From NCBI RefSeq assembly GCF_963518325.1, contig NZ_CAUQJB010000007.1, forward strand, positions 66,388 to 90,387: a stretch of 24,000 nucleotides of DNA, given 5' to 3'. Within the stretch, counting starts at the first letter, position 1, and each line of letters starts with the position of its first letter. Positions 8,370-16,900 of the stretch are shown here, piece by piece. The notes beneath the pieces were generated by a model. It had not been told where the DNA came from. It did no database searches and saw nothing but the letters and a program-made list of their open reading frames with translations. Source of the stretch: an uncultured Vagococcus sp. (lineage in GTDB: Bacteria > Bacillota > Bacilli > Lactobacillales > Vagococcaceae). The position numbers were made by a program, and so were the translations under genes.

Positions 8370-9403
8370 TGAAAAAACAATTAATAGACCTCATGAAAGC
8401 TGATGCTATTGCCGGTAGAGAGCAGGAAGTACGAAGAGTCATTATCGATTATTTGACCCCTTTTGATATCAAGTTAGAAAGAGATGGTTATGGCAATCAA
8501 TATGCTTCATTAACTAATGGCAGCCAAAAACCTAAACTAATGATCATCGCCCATATGGATGAAGTCGGATTTATGGTCAAGCATATAACCGCAGATGGGT
8601 TTATTTATACTCAACCTTTTGGCGGCTGGAATTCCCAAGTTGTTTTGGGCCAACGGGTGACGGTGACGAGTAGACAAAAGGGAAGCAAGTATCGAGGTGT
8701 TTTTGGAACGACAGCAAAGAAAGGGCAGAACCCTCAAGAACCAGTGACATTAGGAGAAATGTACGTAGACATTGGCGCCAAAAATCAGAGTGAAGTCGAA
8801 GCTTTGGGCATTCAAGTAGGTGACATGATTACGCCTTCTGGTGAGATCGAGGAGTTACCTAATAATTTGATTTTAGGCAAAGCTTTGGATGATCGGTCAG
8901 GTTGTGTAATTTTACTGGAAGTTTTAAATCGTTTATCAAAAGAAGCACATTTAAATGTGGAAGTTGTTGGAGTCTTTTCTGCTCAAGAGGAAGTCGGTAC
9001 CCGAGGTAGTTTTGTTGCCGCTGCTAAAATCAACCCTTATGAAGCCTTAATTTTAGATGTGGCCACAGCCAAAGACACACCAGGAGCCGATCAATATCAA
9101 AATCGTTGCTTAGGACATGGCCCTGGCATTGTTTGGTTTGATAAGACGGCAGTCTCAGATGTCAAGCTAAGTGATAGAGTGATAGCCATTGCAAAAAAAG
9201 AGGGGATTCCCTTCCAGCACGACGTCTTTGCTGGTGGTGGAACAGATGCAGGTTCGGTACAATTAGCAGGTGGTGGCGTGCCAACTGTCGGATTAAGTCT
9301 CGGTGTTCGCTATTGTCATAGCGGCTCTTCTATCGCTAGTTTAGTTGATATGGAGGCATCAGTCAATCTAATCGTGGCTTATGTAAAATCAATTAATAGA
9401 TAA
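8369..9403 (+). CDS. M42-family aminopeptidase (FrvX/YpdE/PepA/CelM-like)
   Basis: 344 aa. The GTG start overlaps the M24 stop (TAGTG, 8367-8371). M42 motifs are present: AHMDEVGFMV, ALDDRSGC, SAQEEVGTRG, and a C-terminal CHS region. Confidence 0.92.
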   Translation: MKKQLIDLMKADAIAGREQEVRRVIIDYLTPFDIKLERDGYGNQYASLTNGSQKPKLMIIAHMDEVGFMVKHITADGFIYTQPFGGWNSQVVLGQRVTVTSRQKGSKYRGVFGTTAKKGQNPQEPVTLGEMYVDIGAKNQSEVEALGIQVGDMITPSGEIEELPNNLILGKALDDRSGCVILLEVLNRLSKEAHLNVEVVGVFSAQEEVGTRGSFVAAAKINPYEALILDVATAKDTPGADQYQNRCLGHGPGIVWFDKTAVSDVKLSDRVIAIAKKEGIPFQHDVFAGGGTDAGSVQLAGGGVPTVGLSLGVRYCHSGSSIASLVDMEASVNLIVAYVKSINR

Positions 9404-9442
9404 GGGAGCGATTATTCCGATTTCTCCCATGATTTGGCAACA

Positions 9443-9476
9443 AAAAGAAGGTTCCAAGGTGAACCTTCTTTTTGTT
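9443..9476. terminator. Bidirectional rho-independent terminator between the PTS-peptidase operon and the convergent transporter gene
   Basis: Stem aaagaaggttc (9444-9454) / gaaccttcttt (9461-9471) with a 6-nt loop, flanked by an A-run and a T-run. Confidence 0.85.
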
Positions 9477-9492
9477 GTGGTTTGACATGGTT

Positions 9493-10251
9493 CTATTTCT
9501 TGAAGACAGCATAATATAAGCCACCAACCATCACGGCGCCGCCAACAATATTTCCCAGATAGACTGGAATAAAGTTAAGGATAAACTCAGTCCACGTGGC
9601 ACCATTTTCAAAAATAGCTGCGGCAATGATAAACATATTAGCGACACTATGCTGAAAACCTATGGCCACAAAGGTTGTGACAGGAAACCAAATTCCTAAG
9701 TACTTGCCAACCGTATCTTTTGTTCCGTAGCATAACCAAACCGATAGCCCAACGAACCAATTGCAACCAATTCCTGAGACAAAAGCTTGTAGAAAATTGA
9801 CATTAATTTTTGCAGATGCAACTCTTAAGGTTTCATGCAAATAGTCGCCTGTGGCTGTTAAACCAACAATATGGCCAAAAAAATAGGCAACAAATAACGC
9901 ACCAACACTATTAGCCAGAGTAATGATCAAGAAATTCAAGCTTAATTCTTTGGTGGAGACCTTTTTATCAAACCAAGCAGTCGCCACTACAAACATATTG
10001 CCCGTAATTAATTCGCCGCCGCCTAGTAAAATAACGATTAAACCAATTGGGAAAATAGCAGCACCAATCAGACTGGCAAAGCTACCCCATTGTTCCGCAA
10101 TGGAAGAAATAACGCGAATATACGCCAAATAGCCCAAGGAAATCATGGCGCCTCCAATAAACCCTAAGATTAATTTTGCTTTTAGGGGTTTGTTGACTTT
10201 AGCAACCCCTTTTTTGATAGTGATGGCTAGTGTCTCTTCAAGTGAGTACAT
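9493..10251 (-). CDS. Formate/nitrite transporter (FNT) family channel, FocA/NirC-like
   Basis: 252 aa, six TM. FNT signature regions GGGELITGNMF and GFQHSVANMF are present. TGGAGG SD 7 nt upstream. Lies directly downstream of hutU on the same strand. Confidence 0.9.
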   Translation of the reverse strand: MYSLEETLAITIKKGVAKVNKPLKAKLILGFIGGAMISLGYLAYIRVISSIAEQWGSFASLIGAAIFPIGLIVILLGGGELITGNMFVVATAWFDKKVSTKELSLNFLIITLANSVGALFVAYFFGHIVGLTATGDYLHETLRVASAKINVNFLQAFVSGIGCNWFVGLSVWLCYGTKDTVGKYLGIWFPVTTFVAIGFQHSVANMFIIAAAIFENGATWTEFILNFIPVYLGNIVGGAVMVGGLYYAVFKK

Positions 10252-10284
10252 AAAGACGCCTCCAGATATTTTTTTGATTAGAAA

Positions 10285-10312
10285 GAAGGAGGTCTGTCAT
10301 CCAGCCTCCTTC
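10285..10312 (-). other. Stem-loop in the hutU-transporter intergenic spacer (possible partial terminator, attenuator or processing site)
   Basis: 8-bp perfect stem gaaggagg (10285-10292) / cctccttc (10305-10312) with a 12-nt loop. On the transcribed minus strand it is followed only by a weak U-tract (tttct). Confidence 0.35.
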
Positions 10313-10319
10313 AAGCTGA

Positions 10320-12344
10320 TTAGTTGAATAAGTCAGCCACTGCTTTATGGACTTTTTCTTCATCTGTTAGATAAGGAATCGTGATGTGATCCGTGCCCGC
10401 TCTCATCTCATTGTATTCAATCGATGTTTCAATGGCGTGCTCGTTTCGTGCCCAGCTTCTACGGGCGACACCGCCCATTGTATCCCAAGCAATCGCTGAT
10501 TTTATAATCTCATCACACAACTCGCTACCATCTAAGACCATTCCAAAGCCACCGTTTACTGACTTGCCGATGCCAACACCGCCACCATTATGAAGGGCAA
10601 TTAAGCTCATACCTCTTGCAGCATTACCAGCGAAACATTGAGTGGCCATATCAGCGGTGACATTGCTTCCGTCTTTAATATTAGAGGTTTCTCTAAATGG
10701 TGAATCCGTGCCTGAGACATCGTGGTGATCCCGACCTAACATGACGGGCCCGATTTTTCCATCACGAATCAATTCATTAAACTTCAAGGCAATGTTAATG
10801 CGACCCATAGCGTCCTGATAAAGGATACGTGCTTCGGTACCAACTACTAGCTGATTTTTTTCAGCGTCGCGAATCCAATTATAATTATCTCGGTCCTGAT
10901 AACGGCGGTTTGGATCAATGGCTTCCATGGCTGCTTTGTCAGTCGCCATTAAATCTTCATGCTTGCCGCTTAGACAGACCCAACGGAACGGACCGTATCC
11001 ATAATCGAAGAGCATTGGTCCCATGATATCTTCCACATAAGAAGGCCAGATAAAGCCGTCTTTATCATCGACACCATTTTTTGAGATTTCTTTGATACCT
11101 GAGTCGTAGATTGCTTTCATAAAGGAATTACCGTAGTCAAAGAAATAGGTTCCTTTGGCTGTTAATGATTTAATGACATTAAAATGACGTTCCAATGTCT
11201 TATCAACCAAAAATCTAAATTGTGCCTGATTATCTGCTAATAACTGAGTTCGCTTATCGAAGGTGATGCCGATAGGGCAGTAACCGCCTTCATGGACATT
11301 ATGGCAAGAGGTTTGATCCGATAACAAATCGATGTGAACATCGTGCTGATCCATGTATTCTAGCAACTCAACAATATTACCATGGTAAGCGATCGACGTT
11401 GCTTCCTTTTTATCTAGATAGGTTTTGGCAATGGCCACAGCTTCTTCAGGCGTTTTGGCTAAATTGCTAATCCAACCTTGCTCGAGGCGGGTATCGATCC
11501 GGGACATGTCCACTTCAGCGACGATGGTTACAGAGTTGGCAATTTCACCAGCTTTTCCTTGAGCACCACTCATGCCCCCTAAGCCAGAAGTAACAAACAG
11601 TTTGCCAGCCAAGTCACCTTCATCTGGAATACCTAATTTTAAACGACCGGCGTTAAGCAAGGTGTTGAACGTACCATGGACGATGCCTTGGGGGCCAATG
11701 TACATCCAACCACCAGCTGTCATTTGACCGTAATTAGTCACGCCCATTTGTTCTGCAATTTCCCAATCCTCAATATTATCGTATTCTCCTATTAGAAGGC
11801 CGTTAGTAATGATGACACGTGGCGCATCTTTTTTTGATTGGAACAAGCCTAAAGGATGACCAGATTCCACTACTAAGGTTTGCTCATCAGTCATTTCTTC
11901 TAAATAGCGTTTGATTAGGTGGTATTGCATCCAGTTAGAGCAAACTTGGCCGGTTTCGCCGTAAGTAACCAGTTCATAAGGATAGAGCGCCACGTCAAAG
12001 TCCAGGTTATTATCAATCATGACTTGCATAGCTTTGGCTGCCACACAATTTCCTTTGTATTCATCGATGGGTTTACCTTGGATACGTTCAGTTGGGTACC
12101 AACGATAGCCGTAAATCCGTCCTCGAGTGTTTAATTCGTTTAAAAATTCTGGAATCATTTGTTCATGGTATTTTTCTGGAATATACCGCAAGGCATTTTT
12201 TAACGCCAAGGTAGCTTGAGCTTGCGATAAACGAAAGCCCCTATCAGGTGCTCGACGGATACCTTCTTGAAATTTAGGCATATCGGGTAAGACATCCTCA
12301 AGTTTAATCGTCATGGATTTACTGATTTCTACATTGTTGATCAT
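10320..12344 (-). CDS. hutU: Urocanate hydratase (urocanase), long about 675-aa form
   Basis: 674 aa with a GGAGGAA SD. Highly conserved urocanase blocks are present: VTYGETGQV, GLGGMSGAQ (NAD site), YGQMTAGGWMYIGPQGIVHGT, GRDHHD, GGGVGIG. Confidence 0.97.
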   Translation of the reverse strand: MINNVEISKSMTIKLEDVLPDMPKFQEGIRRAPDRGFRLSQAQATLALKNALRYIPEKYHEQMIPEFLNELNTRGRIYGYRWYPTERIQGKPIDEYKGNCVAAKAMQVMIDNNLDFDVALYPYELVTYGETGQVCSNWMQYHLIKRYLEEMTDEQTLVVESGHPLGLFQSKKDAPRVIITNGLLIGEYDNIEDWEIAEQMGVTNYGQMTAGGWMYIGPQGIVHGTFNTLLNAGRLKLGIPDEGDLAGKLFVTSGLGGMSGAQGKAGEIANSVTIVAEVDMSRIDTRLEQGWISNLAKTPEEAVAIAKTYLDKKEATSIAYHGNIVELLEYMDQHDVHIDLLSDQTSCHNVHEGGYCPIGITFDKRTQLLADNQAQFRFLVDKTLERHFNVIKSLTAKGTYFFDYGNSFMKAIYDSGIKEISKNGVDDKDGFIWPSYVEDIMGPMLFDYGYGPFRWVCLSGKHEDLMATDKAAMEAIDPNRRYQDRDNYNWIRDAEKNQLVVGTEARILYQDAMGRINIALKFNELIRDGKIGPVMLGRDHHDVSGTDSPFRETSNIKDGSNVTADMATQCFAGNAARGMSLIALHNGGGVGIGKSVNGGFGMVLDGSELCDEIIKSAIAWDTMGGVARRSWARNEHAIETSIEYNEMRAGTDHITIPYLTDEEKVHKAVADLFN

Positions 12345-12399
12345 CGTTATTTCCTCCTGTTATTTGTATTGGAAAAGTTAAGTTGAAAGTTATACCTCT

Positions 12400-12432
12400 A
12401 TTGTAATACGAGTGAGTCAATAAAATGACTAA
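12400..12432 (-). promoter_or_regulatory. Putative activator-dependent hutU promoter: TTAGtC-N5-aTtGAC-N10-TACAAT (read on the minus strand)
   Basis: Plus strand reads attgta (12400-05), N10, gtcaat (12416-21), aaaat, gactaa (12427-32). The spacing is the same as in the exact copies at 12481 and 18775. The predicted transcription start site (TSS) is about 50 nt upstream of the hutU ATG. Confidence 0.45.
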
Positions 12433-12480
12433 TAATCCTTTTCGGCTTGAATAATTAAAAAAATAAATTTCTTTGCAAAA

Positions 12481-12513
12481 TTAGACGGAAATTAGACTGT
12501 CTAGCCTTATAAT
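12481..12513 (+). promoter_or_regulatory. Putative activator-dependent hutI promoter: TTAGAC-N5-TTAGAC-N10-TATAAT, no -35 box
   Basis: ttagac 12481-86, ggaaa, ttagac 12492-97, tgtctagcct, tataat 12508-13. The sequence at the canonical -35 position (acggaa) does not resemble TTGACA. AAAGGTGA SD and ATG at 12544. Confidence 0.65.
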
Positions 12514-12543
12514 GAAGTTAATAAAAAAGAAAAAGGTGATAGT

Positions 12544-13809
12544 ATGTTTGCAGATAAAATTTTAGTTAATTTTAGTCAGATTTTTAGCCCAATTGATAAG
12601 GGAAGACCCTTGAGAGGGAAGGAGATGGCTGAGGCGGTCATTCTTGAAAATGGTTATATCGCCATTAAGGACGGAAAGATACTCGCAATCGGCAGTGGGG
12701 AGCCAGAGGATCAATTAAAAGGTGATTCAACAGTGATTATCGATTATTCTGGCAAACTGGCGTCTCCAGGATTAATTGATTGTCACACTCATTTAGTTTA
12801 TGGCGGTAGTCGAGAAGGAGAGTTTGCAAAAAAATTAAACGGGGTAAGTTACTTGGATATTCTGAAGGAAGGGGGCGGAATTTTAAGTACAGTCAAGGCC
12901 ACTAGAAGTGCCAGTTTTGAGACGCTATATCATAAAACGAATCGACTTTTGGATAAAATGCTGATTCATGGTGTCACAACGGTCGAAGCAAAAAGTGGTT
13001 ATGGCCTGAACTGGGAAACGGAAAAGCGGCAACTAGAAGTAACTAAAACATTAACTAAAGACCATCCAATAGACTTAATTTCAACTTTTATGGCCGCTCA
13101 CGCCATACCAGAACAGTATAAAAATAATCCCGATGAGTTTATTCAATTAATCATTGATGACATGTTGCCAATGGTTAAAGCAGAGAACTTAGCAGAGTTT
13201 TGTGATGTTTTTTGCGAGACGGGAGTTTTTACAGCGGATCAATCGAGAAAACTGTTGACTGCTGCCAAAGAAATGGGCTTTAAACTGAGAATCCATGCAG
13301 ATGAAATTGATTCAATTGGTGGGGTTGACGTTGCTGCTGATCTACATGCCTTAAGTGCGGAGCATTTAATGGCTGCAACAGACGAGGGCATTCGCAAAAT
13401 GAGTGAGGCCCATGTCATTGGAAATGTTTTGCCAGGAACTACCTTTAGTTTGATGGCAGACACCTATGCGCCTGTCAAGAAAATGCTGGAGGCTGGAATG
13501 GCCATTACGCTGTCAACGGACAGCAATCCCGGGAGTTGTCCCACAGCCAACCTACAATTTATCATGCAGTTAGGCTGTTTCAACATGAAGTTAACGCCTG
13601 TTCAGGTGTTTAATGCTGTGACGATTAATGCTGCCTATTCGGTAGCGAGAGGTCAATCAATTGGGAGTTTTGATCAAGGGAAACAAGCTGATATCGCTAT
13701 TTTTGATGCACCAAATGTGGACTACCCATTGTACTTTTTTGCCACTAATTTAGTAACGGATGTCTATAAAAATGGGGAACACGTTGTGAAAAATGAGGTT
13801 CGCCACTAG
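12544..13809 (+). CDS. hutI: Imidazolonepropionase
   Basis: 421 aa amidohydrolase-fold protein. Motifs: [16 protein letters not shown] (HxH metal site), [21 protein letters not shown], and a C-terminal KQADIAIFD. Confidence 0.95.
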   Translation: MFADKILVNFSQIFSPIDKGRPLRGKEMAEAVILENGYIAIKDGKILAIGSGEPEDQLKGDSTVIIDYSGKLASPGLIDCHTHLVYGGSREGEFAKKLNGVSYLDILKEGGGILSTVKATRSASFETLYHKTNRLLDKMLIHGVTTVEAKSGYGLNWETEKRQLEVTKTLTKDHPIDLISTFMAAHAIPEQYKNNPDEFIQLIIDDMLPMVKAENLAEFCDVFCETGVFTADQSRKLLTAAKEMGFKLRIHADEIDSIGGVDVAADLHALSAEHLMAATDEGIRKMSEAHVIGNVLPGTTFSLMADTYAPVKKMLEAGMAITLSTDSNPGSCPTANLQFIMQLGCFNMKLTPVQVFNAVTINAAYSVARGQSIGSFDQGKQADIAIFDAPNVDYPLYFFATNLVTDVYKNGEHVVKNEVRH

Positions 13810-13822
13810 TAAAAGTAAAACG

Positions 13823-13856
13823 AAAGCTCCATTTAAACTGTAAATGGAGCTTTTTC
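13823..13856 (+). terminator. Rho-independent terminator after hutI
   Basis: Perfect 13-bp stem aaagctccattta (13823-35) / taaatggagcttt (13841-53) with a 5-nt loop and a T-run. Confidence 0.9.
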
Positions 13857-13960
13857 CCATAACTTCTCCTTTGCCCCTATATTTCGAAAGCGTTTTATCG
13901 TAAAATAGGGGGATAGACCGTTAATGATTTTCGGTCGATGTATTTGAGCTTAGGATATGG

Positions 13961-16900
13961 ATGAAAGAAGGTGAGACCTTGAGTAAAGTTGTATACGGTC
14001 AATTATTTGGAAACCCTGAGATTTTTGTCGATGGGAAATTGATGCTGTTTTCATTTACTAAAATTAACGCCCTACTTTATTATATGCTTGTTAACAGGAA
14101 AGTTAGTCGTGACGAATTATCAGGTTTATTATGGCCGGATATGGATGAAAAAAATGCTAAAAAGAATTTACGCAATACGATCTATCAGGCCAATAAAAAA
14201 TTAGGAGGAGACTATATTTGTTCGCCAAACAAATTCGTCTTGAGTTTAAACGATGAGTTAACTATTACAAGTGATGTGGAACAGTTTAAAGACAATCCCA
14301 GCGATAATTTATCCCTCTATGATGATAGTTTTTTAAAAGGCTTCTATTTAAAAGATTGCGAAGAATTCGATGCATGGACAGAGAAAATGCGAAGCTTTTT
14401 TGAGAAAAAATTTCTAAATGAGTGTTTCCGCAATGTCACTCAAGACATTGAGGAAAAACGTTTTGAAATGGTTGAAAAAAAATTACAAAAGTTAATTAGT
14501 CTGGATGAGTACGATGAGCGGCACTATCAATTGCTGATGCGTTATTATTATGAGGTAGATAGACATGAAAAAGTCATCGAAGTCTTTTATCATTTGGCAG
14601 ATGTCTTAAATTCGGAACTAGGAATTGCTCCAAGCCAAGAAACTCGCGATATTTTCGAATGTTCAGTGACGATGGTTAATAAAAATTTAGTGATTAATCG
14701 GCGCTTTACCACTAAATTTTTTGGTCGCATTGAGGAAATTCAATTGTTGGAGGCAAATTTCATCAAATTTAATCACAATGAAATGTGTCAATCTGTTTTT
14801 GTGAAAGGCGATATGGGCGTCGGTAAAACTAGTTTAGTAAACCGAGTCCTAGATAACGCGCCATATTTTCATATACTGGAAACCCAATGCTACGAAGTGG
14901 AAAAGTCTTATGATTTACGAGCTTGGCGTAAAATAGTCAATCAGTTATCTCAGTTAAGTGAGCATTATGGGGTAAGGCCAATACATTGGCAGGGAACCCT
15001 TGATCGTTTTTTTCCTAATATTGAAGATCCGTCGTTGGACAGGACATTTGCAGACGACAAGCATATTGACTTAAATGCATTGTCACAATTATTAATAGAA
15101 GCCATAAGAAAAATCAGTCACTTTAAGAAACTCGTCTTGGTTTTTGAAAATATTCAATGGTTAGATGATATGAGCTTTCAACTGTTGGTCAGTGTTATGC
15201 TGCATCTGAAAAATAAAGAAGGGATCTTTATTTTTACCTCGCGGAACGACATGAATTTAAGGCTTGTGAATTTTTTAACGACAATCAATTGTTATGAGTT
15301 ATTAATCAGCCTTACTCTGGAGCCTTTAACATTGGCCGAAACTCAGGAATTTTCAAGAAATGAACTTCTCAATCAAACACCTTCCCCTGATACCTTAGGG
15401 GAGTTATACCAATTAACGGAAGGGAATTTTTTCTTTTTAACTGAGTATATTAACATGATACGAAATAACGATCAGATTGATATTATGACCGTACGAATGC
15501 AAGATGCTTTGAGAAATCGATTTAGTAGTCTAACAGATGTTGAAATGAAAGTGGTTGAAGTGGTGGCTTACTTTTATGATTATGTTCCTGTGGAGCTATT
15601 GGCGGAAATTGTTAATTTACCTGCGTTTGAATTGGCACAGGCAGTTGAACATTTAGTAAAAGAAAACATTTTATTGGAACTTTTTGTTAGTGACGAAGTC
15701 ATGATTTGTTTTAGTCACAATCGTTTGAGGGAATTTATTTACATGAATCAGATGGTTTCAAAGAAACTCCTTTTGCATAAGGAGATTGCTTGTTTAATGG
15801 AAAAATCTCGAATGAGCAATATTAACGATCATTTGATTTTCGCAAAAATTGCCTATCATTATGAGCAGGCAAAAGAGTGGTTAAAATCGTTGGATTTTCA
15901 GTTACGATATTTGCAAGGTTACTTTAAATTCTATCACGAATTATTTCCGATCAATGCCATTCCAAATGATAGGTTGATGACAAACCCTGATCTTTGGAAA
16001 AAAGGAACCATCAAAGAGTTTGATAAAATTCGGCAAAAATTAGAGGAATTAGCACCTGTTTATCAAGATGATCACAGGTACTTATTATTGGCAATTCGCT
16101 TTTATAATATGGAGGGGCGCTATTTCATTCGTCAGGGAAAATACGAAAAAGGTCTTGAAGACATTCATTACGTCATTCGTGTTTCAAAAGAATTAAATGA
16201 CAGTCACTTTTTATTAGAAGGTTATAAACAAATGATTTATTATTGCATTCAAATTGATAATAGTCGTGAAATGCATGACTACCTTGAATTAGGACTGAAT
16301 GAGGCAATACGCAGCAATAATCATGAGTCTATTGGGATATTATTACGTTTAAAGGGCTTGAACTATTTAATGACAGGTGACTTATACATGGCGGAGCGTC
16401 AATTAACCGAATCAATCAATACCTTCTCTATCACGGATACGATTAAGGATAAATACAGCATTAATATTGCAGCAGCCTATGACTATTTAGCTGAGATTAG
16501 AAGTATTGAAGAAAATTACCCAGAAGCAATTAGACTACAGCAATTAGCGATCGATCTCTGCGAAAACAAAGGGGCATATTCAAGTCTATCTGTCTTTTAT
16601 ATTAATATGGGTGTTATTCTTTTTGGGAATGAGCAGTACTCGGAAGCAAAAATATATTTTGACAAAGCCTATAAGATTTACGAGGAGTTTTCTTCATTGT
16701 GGAAGAGACCCCAGTTAGACGCCTATATGTCTTTAATCAACCTTTATCAAGGGAACTATCAAGCTGTTTTTGTCTATTTAATCAGCTCGAAAAAATACAT
16801 GGAACGATTCGCTAATCCACGAGATATTGGGACTATTTATTTCGCTGAAGCGATGATTAAACGGCAGTTAGTTAAAGAAAACCATCAAGATAATAAGCTT

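Noticed and set aside
13886-13936. A cre-like sequence cGAAAGCGTTTTAt (about 13888-13901) and a short inverted repeat ATaGACCG-N11-CGGTCgAT (13914-13940) upstream of the regulator gene.
   Set aside because: The cre candidate mismatches at three consensus positions, including both ends. The inverted repeat has short arms with a mismatch. Neither is distinguishable from chance without comparative data.
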